DNA of 64,000 nt from Thermoplasmata archaeon (GCA_035622275.1 DASPVQ010000020.1:86067-150066); one strand, 5' to 3'; counted from the stretch's first letter, positions 25,318 to 36,159 are shown. Numbers and translations are program-made. Notes: a model not told the origin generated them from the sequence alone.

Positions 25318-25958
25318 CGAAGGACCTTGAAGGCGACGCGGAAGTTGGCGAAGCTGGACGCGACGCGCACCCAGAGCGGCACGAGCGCCTCGAGCCATCG
25401 GGCTCCCTCGATTCCTCCGACGTCGATCGCGCCCGGCCAACCGAACTGCCGGAGGATCGAGACCACCTCCGACTTCGCCGTGGGATCGTTGCCGGCGATC
25501 ATCATGTCCGGCATCTCCCCGCCGACGCTCGGGTTCGCCATGACCGAGTTCGGGACGATGTTGAAGCACTTGACGACTCGAGCTCGGGGCAGCTTGTGCT
25601 GCACCTGCTCGCCCAGCGAGTCGGTCGTCCCCACGAACAGGCCCGGAGGATTGCCCTTCGAGAAATCGAGCGGGTTCGTGACGTCGATCAGGATCTTGGC
25701 TTCGAACCGAGCGGGTCCCGCGAGGTCGATCACGGTGAGCGCGGCCGATCCGAGGCAGCACAGGACGACGAGCTCGCCGTGCGCCGCGGCCTCGGGGAAC
25801 GTCCCGAGCGCGGCGTTCGGACCGACGGAACGCTGCCAGGCGGCGAGCTCGGGCTTCCCCGGGTTCTTCGTTCCGAGGACGACGTCGTGACCCTTCTGGG
25901 CGAACGCTTGCCCGAGCGCCTGTCCCACCGCACCGCTGCCGAGGATTCCGACGCGCAT
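25314..25958 (-). CDS. NADP oxidoreductase, coenzyme F420-dependent family (Rossmann fold)
   Basis: The N-terminus is MRVGILGSGAVGQALGQAFAQKGHDVVLG (GxGxxG). It is about 214 aa. Confidence 0.6.
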   Translation of the reverse strand: MRVGILGSGAVGQALGQAFAQKGHDVVLGTKNPGKPELAAWQRSVGPNAALGTFPEAAAHGELVVLCCLGSAALTVIDLAGPARFEAKILIDVTNPLDFSKGNPPGLFVGTTDSLGEQVQHKLPRARVVKCFNIVPNSVMANPSVGGEMPDMMIAGNDPTAKSEVVSILRQFGWPGAIDVGGIEGARWLEALVPLWVRVASSFANFRVAFKVLR

Positions 25959-26092
25959 CGCCCGGTCGAGCCGAACGGCGGGGAAAGGGATTGCGGTCGC
26001 CGGAAGCCCCCGAGCGTCTCGGGGCCACCGGAGGTGAGCCTTCCGGGTGCGTTCCAACCTTATCTGGTCCGACCCTTGACCGACCGGTCAGC

Positions 26093-27109
26093 ATGGACGA
26101 TCCGATCATCGCCGAAGCGCTCGTCAAGGTCTACAACGGCAAGATCCGAGCCGTGGACGGCGTGAGCTTCCGGGTCCGCGAGGGCGAGCTGTTCGGCTTC
26201 CTCGGGCCCAATGGTGCCGGGAAGACCACCACGGTCGGGATGCTCACCGCGAACCTGCGCCCGACCCAGGGCCGCGCGAGCGTCGGCGGCCTCGATGTCG
26301 CCAAGGACTCGACCGAGGTGAAGCGCCGGATCGGGCTCGTGTTCCAGGAGTCGACCGCCGACAGCGATCTGACCGGTCGCGAGAACCTCGAGCTTCAGGC
26401 TGCGCTGTACGCGGTCCCGACCGCGGAAGCGAATCAGCGAATCGACTCGCTGCTCGAGCGCATGCAGATCGCCGACGCCGCCGAGCGCCCCGTGAAGACG
26501 TTCTCGGGCGGCATGCGCCGACGCTTAGAGCTCGCGGCGGGGATCGTCCACGCGCCGCGGCTCCTCTTCCTCGACGAGCCCACGCTCGGACTCGACCCGC
26601 AGGGCCGCGCCGGCTTCTGGCGCTACATCCAGGAGCTCCGCAAGGAGCTCGGCCTCACCGTGTTCCTCACGACGCACTACCTGGACGAGGCGGACAATCT
26701 CTGCGACCGGCTCGCGATCATCGACCACGGCAAGATCGTCGCCACGGGCACGCCGGCCGAGCTCAAGGACCGGCTCGGCGGCGACATCATCACGATCCGC
26801 CTCAAGGAGTCCGGCCACAATCTCACGGCCCTGTTCTCGGGCCTCGCCGGCGTGGTCTCGGTCCAAACGCAGGACGGGGCGTACCGCATCAAGTGCGCCA
26901 ACGGCGAGGCGATGATCCCACAGGTCGTGGAGGCCGCGGCCGGCGCCGGCGAGACTGTCACCGGGGTCTCGCTCAAGCGGCCGAGCCTGGACGAGGTGTT
27001 CCTCGAGTTCACGGGCCGGGAGTTCCGGGAGGAGGAGGGGCCGACCGCGACCGACATGGCGGTGCGGATCGGCCAGGTGCGTCAGGGCATGGGCCGGGGA
27101 GGTCGCTGA
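26093..27109 (+). CDS. ABC transporter ATP-binding protein (ABC-2/DrrA-like)
   Basis: Walker A is GPNGAGKTT. The signature is LSGGMRRRL. Walker B is LLFLDEPT. Confidence 0.85.
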   Translation: MDDPIIAEALVKVYNGKIRAVDGVSFRVREGELFGFLGPNGAGKTTTVGMLTANLRPTQGRASVGGLDVAKDSTEVKRRIGLVFQESTADSDLTGRENLELQAALYAVPTAEANQRIDSLLERMQIADAAERPVKTFSGGMRRRLELAAGIVHAPRLLFLDEPTLGLDPQGRAGFWRYIQELRKELGLTVFLTTHYLDEADNLCDRLAIIDHGKIVATGTPAELKDRLGGDIITIRLKESGHNLTALFSGLAGVVSVQTQDGAYRIKCANGEAMIPQVVEAAAGAGETVTGVSLKRPSLDEVFLEFTGREFREEEGPTATDMAVRIGQVRQGMGRGGR

Positions 27110-27936
27110 TGGCGCGCCCCATCACCGCGCTGACGCGGCGCGAGCTTCTGCGCCTCGCGCGCAACCCGGCGGCGCTCTTCACGAGCCTGCTGATCCCGAT
27201 TCTCTACCTGACCCTCTTCGGCCAGGGGTTCGCCAACATCACCGGCGGCGGGCATCCGCTGCCGCCGGGCTACATCCTGAGCTCGCCGAACTTCTTCTCG
27301 TCGTTCGCGGTGGGCATGGCCGGCTTCGTCGCACTCACCGGCACGCTGTTCACCGGCGCGAACGTGATCTTCGACAAGCTCTTCGGCATCTTCAAGCGGA
27401 TCGCCGCGTCGCCCGCCTCTTCCTGGGCCGTCTTCGGTTCTCGAGTCCTGGCGGGCTCGGTCCAGCCGACGCTGCTCTCGTTCTTCGTCCTCGGGCTCGC
27501 CGTCCTGCTGGGCCACACGGGCATCGCGAGCCTCAACGGCCTCGACGTGACCCAGTCGCTGACCGCGATCGGCGCCGTCGAGATCGTGGTGGCGGTCGTG
27601 CTCGTCTCCGCGATGTTCGCCGGACTCTTCGTCGCCTTCGGCTTCCTCATCCAGCAACCGCAGTCGTACTTCGCGGTCGTGAACGCGATCAACCTGCCGG
27701 TGCTGTTCACCTCGAACGCGATCTACCCCTGGGGCGCGATGCCCGCCTGGCTGCAGACGGTCGCGACGTACAACCCGGTGAGCCTCGCGATCAACGTGCT
27801 GCGCGAGAACTTCTTCGGGACCGCCTACTACGCCTACCCACCGTATGTCTATCTCGCCGGGCTCGCGGCCTGGACGGTCGTTATTTTCCTGCTCGCCACG
27901 CTGCTCGCGCGCCGGACGCTCCTCCCCACGGCCTGA
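27109..27936 (+). CDS. ABC-2 family transporter permease
   Basis: It has six TM helices. Its ATG overlaps the ATPase stop (TGATG), giving a classic ABC-2 pair. Confidence 0.7.
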   Translation: MARPITALTRRELLRLARNPAALFTSLLIPILYLTLFGQGFANITGGGHPLPPGYILSSPNFFSSFAVGMAGFVALTGTLFTGANVIFDKLFGIFKRIAASPASSWAVFGSRVLAGSVQPTLLSFFVLGLAVLLGHTGIASLNGLDVTQSLTAIGAVEIVVAVVLVSAMFAGLFVAFGFLIQQPQSYFAVVNAINLPVLFTSNAIYPWGAMPAWLQTVATYNPVSLAINVLRENFFGTAYYAYPPYVYLAGLAAWTVVIFLLATLLARRTLLPTA

Positions 27937-27946
27937 GCGTCGGCGA

Positions 27947-29398
27947 TCAATCCCCGGCGTCGGCGATCGGCGCGGGCGGGGCGCGGCGGCGCGGCCGCTG
28001 CAGCGCGAGGGGGACGAGCGACAGCAGGATCAGCCCGGCGGAGACCAGGAAGATCAGGTGGATCGACTGCAGGAAGCCGCTCGCGACCGTGACCGGACCG
28101 TGCATCACGGTGCCGCCGGTGAGGATCACCTCGAGCGCGCTGCGCGGCACGACGGTCGACATGATCAGGAGGGTGAGTCCGAGGCTCACCGTCGCGCCGG
28201 TGTTGAGGAAGGTCGTGCCGACGCCGCTGGCCACGCCCCGGCGGCTCGGAGGGACGGCGGTCATCATCGTCGCCCGGTTCGGCGCGGCGAACAGTCCCAT
28301 CCCCGTGCCGACGAGCACGAGCGGGGCGGCGAGCTGCACGAACGAGTCGTTCGAGCCGATCGTCGATAACCAGACGAAACCGCCCGCCGAGACGAGCAGC
28401 CCGGCGATCAGGAACCACTTCGGCCCGAAGCGGTCGGAGAGGAACCCGCTCACGGGGCCGAACGTGGCCAGCGCGGCCGAGACGGGGATCAGGAAGAGGC
28501 CCGCCGTGAACGGATCGAGGTAGCGCGGCGGGCCCTGCAGGTAGAAGACGAGCACGAAGAGGAACGCGCCGCGCGCGAGAGAATTGAGCAGCGTCGCGAT
28601 CGAGGACGTCGCAAAGATACGGTTGCGGAAGAGGCTCAGGTCCAGCATCGGGGAGGCGACCCGGGACTCGACCCAGGCGAACACGGGAAGGAGCGCGACC
28701 CCCACCGCCACGAGCGCGATCGCGACGGGAGCCGAGACATCCGCGAGCGCGCCGAGGGTGACCCCCAGCAGCAGGAGGGTGAGCGCGCCGGCGAAGACGA
28801 TGTTGCCGATCCAATCGATCCGGGGCGTCGCCTCGCGGGGAGCGAGCTCCTTCAGGTCGACGCGGGCCCGCAGCGTCGCGATCAGTCCGATCGGGACGTT
28901 GACGAAGAAGATCCACCGCCAGCCGATGGTGGAGGTGATGACCCCGCCGAGCACCAGGCCGGCGACCGCGCCGACGACGATCGAGATCTGGTTGATGCCG
29001 AGCGCGCGGCCCCGCTCGTTCGGCGGAAAGGCGTCCGTGATGATCGCCGCCGAGTTCGAGAACAGGAAGCCCGCGCCGATCGCCTGGACGAGCCGGAACA
29101 GGACGAGCTCGAGGCCGGTCTGGGAGAGGCCGCAGACCAATGAGCCGGCCGTGAAGATCGCGAAACCGAGCACGTAGAGTCGGACCCGGCCGAACATGTC
29201 GCTGAGCCGACCGAAGTTGAGCAGGACCACCGCGGTGAGCAGGGAGTAGCCGAGCAGGATCCACAGCAGCGTCGTCGCGCTGGTGCCCGGCAACTGCCGG
29301 CCGATCGTGGGCAGCGAGATCAGCACGATGTTGGTGTCGATCGCCGCCATCAGCGTGGCGAGCGTCGTGTTGGAGAGGACCACCCACTTGTACTTCAT
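27947..29398 (-). CDS. MFS transporter (DHA2/EmrB-like, 14-TMS type)
   Basis: The MFS motif LGRQLPGTSATTLLWILLGYSL...GRLSDMFGRVR is present. It is about 484 aa. The start is taken at the internal ATG 29398. Confidence 0.75.
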   Translation of the reverse strand: MKYKWVVLSNTTLATLMAAIDTNIVLISLPTIGRQLPGTSATTLLWILLGYSLLTAVVLLNFGRLSDMFGRVRLYVLGFAIFTAGSLVCGLSQTGLELVLFRLVQAIGAGFLFSNSAAIITDAFPPNERGRALGINQISIVVGAVAGLVLGGVITSTIGWRWIFFVNVPIGLIATLRARVDLKELAPREATPRIDWIGNIVFAGALTLLLLGVTLGALADVSAPVAIALVAVGVALLPVFAWVESRVASPMLDLSLFRNRIFATSSIATLLNSLARGAFLFVLVFYLQGPPRYLDPFTAGLFLIPVSAALATFGPVSGFLSDRFGPKWFLIAGLLVSAGGFVWLSTIGSNDSFVQLAAPLVLVGTGMGLFAAPNRATMMTAVPPSRRGVASGVGTTFLNTGATVSLGLTLLIMSTVVPRSALEVILTGGTVMHGPVTVASGFLQSIHLIFLVSAGLILLSLVPLALQRPRRRAPPAPIADAGD

Positions 29399-29474
29399 CG
29401 GGGACCTCGGCGCCCGCGGGCCGGCCCGGGGTGGGCCGGTGCGGGCGACGGCGAGCGCGACACCCTGATCTCGC

Positions 29475-29912
29475 TCAGCCGAGCGGAGAGGCCTGCGACT
29501 GATACGACGCGATCTCGCTGGAGAGCCGGTCCACGTACTCGCGGAACATCTGGAGGACATTGCGCGAGGTGATGACCCCGAGCACCCGGTCCCCGGCCCG
29601 CACGACCATCCGGCGGATGCCGCGCTCGGCCATCGTGGCGATCACCTCGTCGGTGGGGGTCTCCGGTGCGCAGGAGTCGACCGACGCGGTCATGATCGCG
29701 CGGACGGGCGTCTGCGCGGCATCGAGCCCCGGGGCGACGATCTTCGCGAGGAAGTCCCACTCGGTGACGATCCCGGCGATCGCGCCGGCGCGCACGAGCA
29801 CGGCGTAGCCCTTGTGGCGCTCGACCATCGAACGCGCGCACGCCAGCGCGTCGGCGTCGACGTCGACCGTGAGCACCGACGGGTCCATGATGTCCTTGGC
29901 GACCTGCACCAT
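29475..29912 (-). CDS. CBS-pair domain protein
   Basis: Two CBS motifs are present (IMDPSVLTVDVDA; IMTASVDSCAPET...IRRMVV). Confidence 0.7.
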   Translation of the reverse strand: MVQVAKDIMDPSVLTVDVDADALACARSMVERHKGYAVLVRAGAIAGIVTEWDFLAKIVAPGLDAAQTPVRAIMTASVDSCAPETPTDEVIATMAERGIRRMVVRAGDRVLGVITSRNVLQMFREYVDRLSSEIASYQSQASPLG

Positions 29913-31029
29913 CGCACGCGGGAGGTCCCCGACATTAATACGGTCGGCGCGTCGGCGGTCGAGGAGCCCTACGTCGCGCGAGCTACCGGAGCTGCCGATC
30001 GATACCGCGCTGCTGCGCGGCTTCCGCTTCGACTGCCGGCCCGATTGCGGTCTCTGCTGTTACGCGAGCCCTCGCATCGAAGCGCGGGAGCGTCCTCAGC
30101 TCCTGGCGATCGCGCCGGAGGCCGAGTTCCGGGGCAGCCCCGCGGATGGGTTCCTCGCCGCGCGCCCGCTCGGCGGTGCGTGCCAGTTCCTTCGGGAGCT
30201 CCGGTGCGCGGTTCATTCCGCACGGCCGAGCGCGTGCCGCGAGTTCCCGATCACCGTGCACGTGGGGCTCCGCTTGCAAGCGACGGTGGTCCTCGGCTGT
30301 CCCGGTCTGGACCTCACGGGCTTGCTGGCGTATCGGACGTCGCAGTCGCGCGACGAGCCGGTCGGGCTCGCGGAAGAGCTCGCGGCCGCCCGGGCCCGGG
30401 CGGCGTGGGCCCGCCCCGACCGGCTCCGCGTCGGCGCGCGCGACCATCGACGGATCGTCCGAACCCTCGTGCGCGACGGCCGTTGGACGGACGAACAGGA
30501 GGTGCGCGCGCGACTGCGCGGTCGGCTGCCCTGGCCGGAAGCAGGGAACTTTCCGGTCCCCGAGCCACCTCCGGCCGACGAAGGGCTCGAGGGACTGCCC
30601 CTCTTCTTCGACGGGCGGCCCGGTCCGGTCGCGATCGCCGCGGCGCTCGGCGGTTGGGAGCTGCTGGAGCTGCGAGCGGCCGGCGGCATCGAGCGCTCGC
30701 TCGGTGTGATCCCGGCCCCGGATCGGCCGCCGCCGCTCCACGCCACGGGCCGGGAGCTCCTCGAGGCGTACCTCCGCTACTGGCTCGAGCGGGACGCGCT
30801 GTTCGGGACGGCACTGCTCGCGGCCGCGCAGGCCGGTGACGGAAGCGTCGAAGAATGGGTGGCCGAAGACCTTCGGGCGATCGGCGCGCTCGTGCTCGCC
30901 CGGGCGGACGTGCGGGCGCGCGGGCGGCGGGGGGACCCCGGTCCGCTCACGGCCGACGACATCGCCGACGGCATCCGCGCGAGCGACCTCGAGCTGCTCG
31001 ACCGGCCGACCTGGGGCGACCGGCTCTAG
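29887..31029 (+). CDS. YkgJ/UPF0153-type CxxxCxxCC metal-chelating domain protein (long form)
   Basis: The motif CRPDCGLCCYAS is followed by additional Cys residues (CQF, CAVH, CREFP). The start is uncertain. Confidence 0.45.
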   Translation: MMSLATCTIARGRSPTLIRSARRRSRSPTSRELPELPIDTALLRGFRFDCRPDCGLCCYASPRIEARERPQLLAIAPEAEFRGSPADGFLAARPLGGACQFLRELRCAVHSARPSACREFPITVHVGLRLQATVVLGCPGLDLTGLLAYRTSQSRDEPVGLAEELAAARARAAWARPDRLRVGARDHRRIVRTLVRDGRWTDEQEVRARLRGRLPWPEAGNFPVPEPPPADEGLEGLPLFFDGRPGPVAIAAALGGWELLELRAAGGIERSLGVIPAPDRPPPLHATGRELLEAYLRYWLERDALFGTALLAAAQAGDGSVEEWVAEDLRAIGALVLARADVRARGRRGDPGPLTADDIADGIRASDLELLDRPTWGDRL

Positions 31030-31043
31030 CGGGGGGCTCACGC

Positions 31044-32180
31044 CTACGGGTCGTCCGGCGGCGGGAAGTGCACGCCGAGCGACGACTCCAGCTCGGCTAC
31101 GAGCTTCACGGTGTGCTCCGGTCGCCAGCGCGACGGCGACGGCTCCTCCGGATCGGCCCACGTGCGAGGCGGCGACGCCCCGATCTCGGCCCGGTACCGA
31201 TCCCGCCAGGCCGGCGGCACCGGATCGGTGCCCGCGGGCGGCTTCGCGTCCGCGAGCAACAGCCCGGCCCGCGCGAGCACCCGGGCCACCGCGTCCGGCC
31301 GATAGCCTCCGCCTCCGGTGACGAGGAGGCGGCCCTGGCAGAGCTCGCGCGCGAGCTCGATCGTGCTGGCGTCGATCTCGGCATAGGCGTCCGGGGAGTA
31401 CTGCAGGTGAGCGAGCGCGTCGCCGAGGTGGCCGTCCACGCCGTGCTGGAGCACGATCACCTCCGGACGGAACGATCGCAGGAGCGGGGGCACCACCCGG
31501 TGGAAGAGCGGCAGGAGCGCCTCGTCGCCCGAAAGCGGCGCGAGCGGGAGGTTCGCCTTGAGGCCGGCGCCGTCGCCGGTCCCGGACTCCCGGGGGAAGC
31601 CGGTCCCGGGGAACAGCGTGCGGCCGTCCTGGTGGAAGTCGATGTCGAGGACACGACCCGAGGCATAGAAGCCGTACATCACGCCGTCGCCGTGATGGGC
31701 ATCGATGTCGAGGTAGGCGACCCGGCGACCGGCGGCGACGGCGGTCGCGATCGCGACGGCCACGTCGTTGAAGATGCAGAATCCGCTCGCGCGCTCGGGA
31801 TGCGCGTGGTGGAGTCCGCCGGCCGGGTGGAACGCGGGGCGATCGTGATGCAGCACCCAGTCGAGGGCCCGTTCCGCGCCGCTGACGATCCGACCCGCCT
31901 CCTCGTAGCAACCCGGGAACGACGGCGTGTCGCCGGCATCGAGCGCGACCGTTGTCTCCTCTCCGCTCGCTCGCTCCACGAAATCGAGGTACGCGGCGTC
32001 GTGGAACCGCTCGAGGACCTCGCGCGAGGCGGGCGAGACCGCCCGCATCCAATCGACCGGCGGCGCGGCACGCTCGGCGAGCGTCGTCTCGAGGAGGTCG
32101 ACCGCGAGCGCGCGACTGCGCTCGCTGAACGGGTGGTCGGGGCCGAGGTCGTAGTGTCGGAAACGGGGATCCCAGACCAC
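31044..32180 (-). CDS. Histone deacetylase / acetoin-utilization AcuC family protein
   Basis: The zinc-binding motifs GFCIFNDVAVA and DIDAHHGDG are present, along with HPAGGLHHA. Confidence 0.8.
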   Translation of the reverse strand: MVWDPRFRHYDLGPDHPFSERSRALAVDLLETTLAERAAPPVDWMRAVSPASREVLERFHDAAYLDFVERASGEETTVALDAGDTPSFPGCYEEAGRIVSGAERALDWVLHHDRPAFHPAGGLHHAHPERASGFCIFNDVAVAIATAVAAGRRVAYLDIDAHHGDGVMYGFYASGRVLDIDFHQDGRTLFPGTGFPRESGTGDGAGLKANLPLAPLSGDEALLPLFHRVVPPLLRSFRPEVIVLQHGVDGHLGDALAHLQYSPDAYAEIDASTIELARELCQGRLLVTGGGGYRPDAVARVLARAGLLLADAKPPAGTDPVPPAWRDRYRAEIGASPPRTWADPEEPSPSRWRPEHTVKLVAELESSLGVHFPPPDDP

Positions 32181-32381
32181 CGTCAGGGCCGGTTCGGTCA
32201 GCGTGCCTCCCGATCAGGGGCCGCGCGCGCGCGGTCCGCGAGGCCCGCGCACCGGCCGCGTGTCCGCCGACCGCGCGCGACGGTCCCTCCCGGCGCGACA
32301 ACGTCGGGCGGGATAATAGTCCGCTGCCGTCCCCGGCGCCACCGTTAACTGGCGGGAGCGGTCGGGGGGCCGGGCATCGGC

Positions 32382-32606
32382 ATGGCGATCGAGGACGAGG
32401 TCTCCGCCAACGCGGTCAAGGTCTACAAGGCGATGAAGGAGATGGGGACGATCTCGGAAGAGAAGATGGGCACCGCCGAGCGGATCACCCAGAGCGTGCG
32501 CCTGCCCAAGACCATGGTCCTGAACGCGCTCCAGGAGCTGCAGGGGAAGGGCTTCGCCCGGCGGAAGGTCCGGGAGAAGGCAGCGGGTTACTACCTCACC
32601 CGCTAG
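32382..32606 (+). CDS. Small winged-helix-like DNA-binding protein
   Basis: It is 74 aa. A helix-turn-helix-like core (TAERITQSVRLPKTMVLNALQELQGKGF) is present. It is divergent from the HDAC gene. Confidence 0.35.
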   Translation: MAIEDEVSANAVKVYKAMKEMGTISEEKMGTAERITQSVRLPKTMVLNALQELQGKGFARRKVREKAAGYYLTR

Positions 32607-33597
32607 CCGGGTCGTCGTTCGGCCGCGCCGTCCCGCGCGCGCCCCAGACCTTTTCGAGCAGGCGGCTCGTGGAACGCAGGGTGACCTCGGTCACCGCGCT
32701 GACACGAGCGACCTCGGCGCGGGAGCGGTGCTCGGTGTTCTGGTCGGCCGCCAGATAGATCAGCGCGGCGACGAGCCCGTGGGGCGACAGGCCCGAGAGC
32801 TCGGGATCGTCCCGGGTCTCGTCCAGCATCGACTCGACCGCCGAGCGGACCCGCGGCGAGAGCGCGAGCTCCTCGGCATAGCGCTGCAGGAACGCCTTCG
32901 TTCCGACCGACGGGACGATCAGGCCGATGCCCCGCTGGATGACCTTGAACGTCCGTCCGACCTCCGAGCGCTTCGCGCTCACCGCCTCCGCGACCTCGCC
33001 GAGGGTCCGGGGAACGGAGAATCGGCGGCACGCCGTGTACACCGCAGCGCCGACGCTCGCGGGCAGACTGCGGCCCCGGAAGAGGCCCTGGCGGCGGGAC
33101 TCGCGGTAGATCTGCTCGGCTTCGGCTCGGACGACCGGCGGAAGCCCGAGCCGTTCGGACGCAAGCCCGATCTCGTTGCGCGCGGGAGAGCGATCCGCGG
33201 GCCCGTCCGGCGTGCGGGCGGTCTGTCGCTGCATGACGCGCTTGAGGTGCTGGAACTCGTAGCGTCGGTGCCAGTCGAGGCGACGGCCCTGGCCGTCCCG
33301 TGCGATCGACAGCGTGGAGCCGAGCGCGCGCTTGGAGTTCCCAGGGGCCACGAACGGACCGATGCCGCGTCCGCTCCCCTCCGTGCCCCCGATCTCGGGG
33401 GTGGGGGGGGCAGTGGCCACCAGCGCGTTCGAGTCGAAGACCAGGCCGCACTCCGCGCAGTGGGTCTCGGCCCGGACGGGGTCCTGGATCCGGTGAGCGC
33501 TGCCGCACATGGGGCAGGCCGGGCTCGCCGGCGGGCTGCCGCCGGCCGCCGTTTCCGCGGGCGTGACAGACCTTGTCACGGTTACTCTAGGATGCAT
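32596..33597 (-). CDS. tfb: Transcription initiation factor IIB (TFB)
   Basis: An N-terminal zinc ribbon CPMCGS...CAECG is followed by two cyclin-fold repeats. The first true ATG is at 33597, one codon inside the listed GTG. Confidence 0.85.
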   Translation of the reverse strand: MHPRVTVTRSVTPAETAAGGSPPASPACPMCGSAHRIQDPVRAETHCAECGLVFDSNALVATAPPTPEIGGTEGSGRGIGPFVAPGNSKRALGSTLSIARDGQGRRLDWHRRYEFQHLKRVMQRQTARTPDGPADRSPARNEIGLASERLGLPPVVRAEAEQIYRESRRQGLFRGRSLPASVGAAVYTACRRFSVPRTLGEVAEAVSAKRSEVGRTFKVIQRGIGLIVPSVGTKAFLQRYAEELALSPRVRSAVESMLDETRDDPELSGLSPHGLVAALIYLAADQNTEHRSRAEVARVSAVTEVTLRSTSRLLEKVWGARGTARPNDDPASG

Positions 33598-33704
33598 CAC
33601 ACCTAATACGTCTGACCCCTCCTCGGCCCCGGTGGGGGAACGGGGTCCGCGGGGCCGCCTGAGCGAGCCAAGCCTTTTCCTCGACTTCCGTCTCCCGCGG
33701 TTCC

Positions 33705-34361
33705 GTGCGTACTTGGCTCCTCGTCACCGGCATTGCCATCACGGTCGTGGGGATCGGGGTCCTCGTGGCGGCGTTCAGCATCACGCCGGGGCCCTCCGGA
33801 TCCACGCTCCAGCACGTCAGCGTTCCGGATCTGGGGGCGCACCAGCTGAGCGTCCAGGTGATCTCGAGCGCGCTCGTCTCCTCAGCCTCCGTCGTCTTCA
33901 GCTGGTCGGCGAACCAGTCCTTGCAGGTCGCGATCTACGTCGGGGCGCCCTGCTCGCCCGGAAACGCGACGCTGTGCCCGAGCGGACCGGCGCAGGCCGT
34001 CTGGTGGAGCACGACCGGCGGGTGGACCTACACCGGGGCGGTGACCAACCCCTGGCTCCTCAAGGTCTACAACCCGAACGCGACCGTCGCGATCTTCAAC
34101 GCCACCCTGGTGGAGTCCTATCCGGCGACCGGCTCGTCCGGTCCGGCCTGGACCCTGCTCGTCCTGCTCCTCGGCTCCCTGTTCCTGCTCGGCATCGGCG
34201 CGCTCGCGCTGTTCCTCGGGCTCTTCCTGCGCGGCGGTGTCTACGGTGGCGGCCGTCCGCCCGTCCCGCCGCCGGACGCGGGCATCCTCGACGACGGTCT
34301 GGACGACGATCTCGATGCGGGTCCGGGGGAACTGGACGACGCCCCGGAGATCGATCGCTGA
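33705..34361 (+). CDS. Membrane-anchored surface protein with multiple N-glycosylation sequons
   Basis: An N-terminal TM helix is followed by a Ser/Thr-rich beta-rich ectodomain with four N-x-S/T sequons, then a C-terminal TM helix and an acidic tail. The start is GTG. Confidence 0.45.
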   Translation: MRTWLLVTGIAITVVGIGVLVAAFSITPGPSGSTLQHVSVPDLGAHQLSVQVISSALVSSASVVFSWSANQSLQVAIYVGAPCSPGNATLCPSGPAQAVWWSTTGGWTYTGAVTNPWLLKVYNPNATVAIFNATLVESYPATGSSGPAWTLLVLLLGSLFLLGIGALALFLGLFLRGGVYGGGRPPVPPPDAGILDDGLDDDLDAGPGELDDAPEIDR

Positions 34362-34374
34362 GGCGCGAGCGGTC

Positions 34375-36135
34375 CTACTGACCCCAGAACGGGTGGGCCG
34401 GGCGGTGGATCCGCGCGACCTCCTCGAGGATCTCCGACTCGCGGGGCGTGAGCTCCTGACCCCGCAGCACGCGGGCCACCGACTCCGGTATCGAGACCAG
34501 CAGCTGATCGCCCTCGCGCACGTTGCGGCCGACCACGGCGCCGTCGATCGACGCGGCCAGCTCGGCGTTCTCCTCGGCCTGGGGTACCGAATCACCGTCC
34601 TTCTGCAGCGCCTTGAGGACGCCGATCTCCGTGCCGTCCGGCTTCATGAGGCGCACGCCCGGACGGATCGTGCCCCCGACGACGCGGATCCCGACGATCG
34701 CCGGCTTCGACGCCCGGAAGATGAAGCCGGCGAGGATCTCGATCTTCGCCGGATGCGCGAGCTCGAGCCGGCGCTGTGCCCGGAGCTCCCGCAGCCGCTC
34801 GTCGCGCCAGCGGCTGTACTCGTCGATCAGGCGGTACATCACGTCGCTGCGGAAGACGCGGACCGCGCCGGCCTCTCCCTCCGGCTGGGCGTCAGGAAGG
34901 ACCGCGACGTTGAAGGCGAGGACCGCCCGATGCGACGGGTCCTTGACGTCCGCGACGCGCATGATCGTGGGGCGCGACACCGGACCCACCGACGCCTCGT
35001 GGACCGGGATCTTGTTCTCCCGGCACTCGAAGGCGAGGGCCTCGAGTCCGCCGAGCGCGTCCGCGCAGAGCGCGACCCCGCTCTCCGCCAGCTCCGCCAC
35101 CGGCTGGGCCTCCTGCGCGAGCTCGGAGCGGGCCGCCGCGGCGTCCTCCTCGCTGCGGACGACCTTCAATAGGCCACCGGGCATCGCGTCCTCGACTCCC
35201 GGCGCGGCGAGGTAGACCCCGGCGGCGGCCACGACCTCCTCGAGCGAGCGCAACTTCACCTGCTTGGAGGCGGTGCCCGGCTTGAGGGGCACCGGCCGGT
35301 AGATCCCCCGCACCCGGGTCGAGAACGGCTCGCTGCGGCCGGTGACGACGATCTCGTCGCCGACCGCGAGGCGCCCCTTGTAGACGATCACGTTGCCGAC
35401 GGGGCCGACGCCCTTCTGGTCGCTCCGCTCCAGGATGGTCGCCTCCCCGCCTCCCGTGACGAGCGCGAGCTCTTCCTTCAGGAACCGCTGGGAGAGACCC
35501 ACGAGGAGCGCGATCAGCTCCGGGACGCCGACGCCGGTCTTGGCCGAGACCGGCACGAGCCCCACGTTGCGCGTGAAGTCGCTCACCCGATCGTACCGCT
35601 CGCCCGAGAAGCCGAGCTGGTCGAGCTGCTCGGCGATCGCGTAGAGCCGCTGGTCGAGCGTCTTCGAGAACTCCGGCGACTTCGCGATCTGCTCGGTGAG
35701 GTGCACCGGCCCCGCCGGCTTGCGCCAACCGCTGAGCAGGTCGATCTTGGTCAGCGCGATCGCGAACGGCGTCTTCTCGTGGCGCAGGATCTGGATCGAC
35801 TCGCGGGTCTGGGGCATCACGCCTTCGCGCACATCGATCACCAGGATCGCGAGGTCGGCGAGCGCGCCGCCGCGGCGACGCAGGGTCTCGAACGAGCGGT
35901 GGCCCGGCGTGTCGACGAACAGTAGGCCGGGGACCGACAGCTGCTCGGTACGCAGGATCCCCTCGCAGAGGCGGCGCACCGTCGCCCCCGGGACCTCGAT
36001 CGCACCGATGTGCTGGGTGATCCCGCCGGCCTCCTTCGAGGCGCGCACGCTCCCGGCGATCCGGTCGAGCAGGGTCGTCTTGCCGTGGTCGACGTGCCCC
36101 AGCAGTGAGACGATCGGCTCGCGCAGCTCCGACAC
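34375..36135 (-). CDS. infB: Translation initiation factor aIF5B (IF-2 homologue)
   Basis: The G1 motif is [13 protein letters not shown]3 is DTPGH. G4 is TKID. It is 586 aa. The start is GTG. Confidence 0.85.
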   Translation of the reverse strand: MSELREPIVSLLGHVDHGKTTLLDRIAGSVRASKEAGGITQHIGAIEVPGATVRRLCEGILRTEQLSVPGLLFVDTPGHRSFETLRRRGGALADLAILVIDVREGVMPQTRESIQILRHEKTPFAIALTKIDLLSGWRKPAGPVHLTEQIAKSPEFSKTLDQRLYAIAEQLDQLGFSGERYDRVSDFTRNVGLVPVSAKTGVGVPELIALLVGLSQRFLKEELALVTGGGEATILERSDQKGVGPVGNVIVYKGRLAVGDEIVVTGRSEPFSTRVRGIYRPVPLKPGTASKQVKLRSLEEVVAAAGVYLAAPGVEDAMPGGLLKVVRSEEDAAAARSELAQEAQPVAELAESGVALCADALGGLEALAFECRENKIPVHEASVGPVSRPTIMRVADVKDPSHRAVLAFNVAVLPDAQPEGEAGAVRVFRSDVMYRLIDEYSRWRDERLRELRAQRRLELAHPAKIEILAGFIFRASKPAIVGIRVVGGTIRPGVRLMKPDGTEIGVLKALQKDGDSVPQAEENAELAASIDGAVVGRNVREGDQLLVSIPESVARVLRGQELTPRESEILEEVARIHRPAHPFWGQ

Positions 36136-36159
36136 GCTCGCACGACCGGCGGCGAGCGT

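Noticed and set aside
29983-32301. 772-aa minus-strand ORF
   Set aside because: This Arg/Pro/Gly-rich shadow frame spans the YkgJ-like and HDAC genes. It has no motifs.
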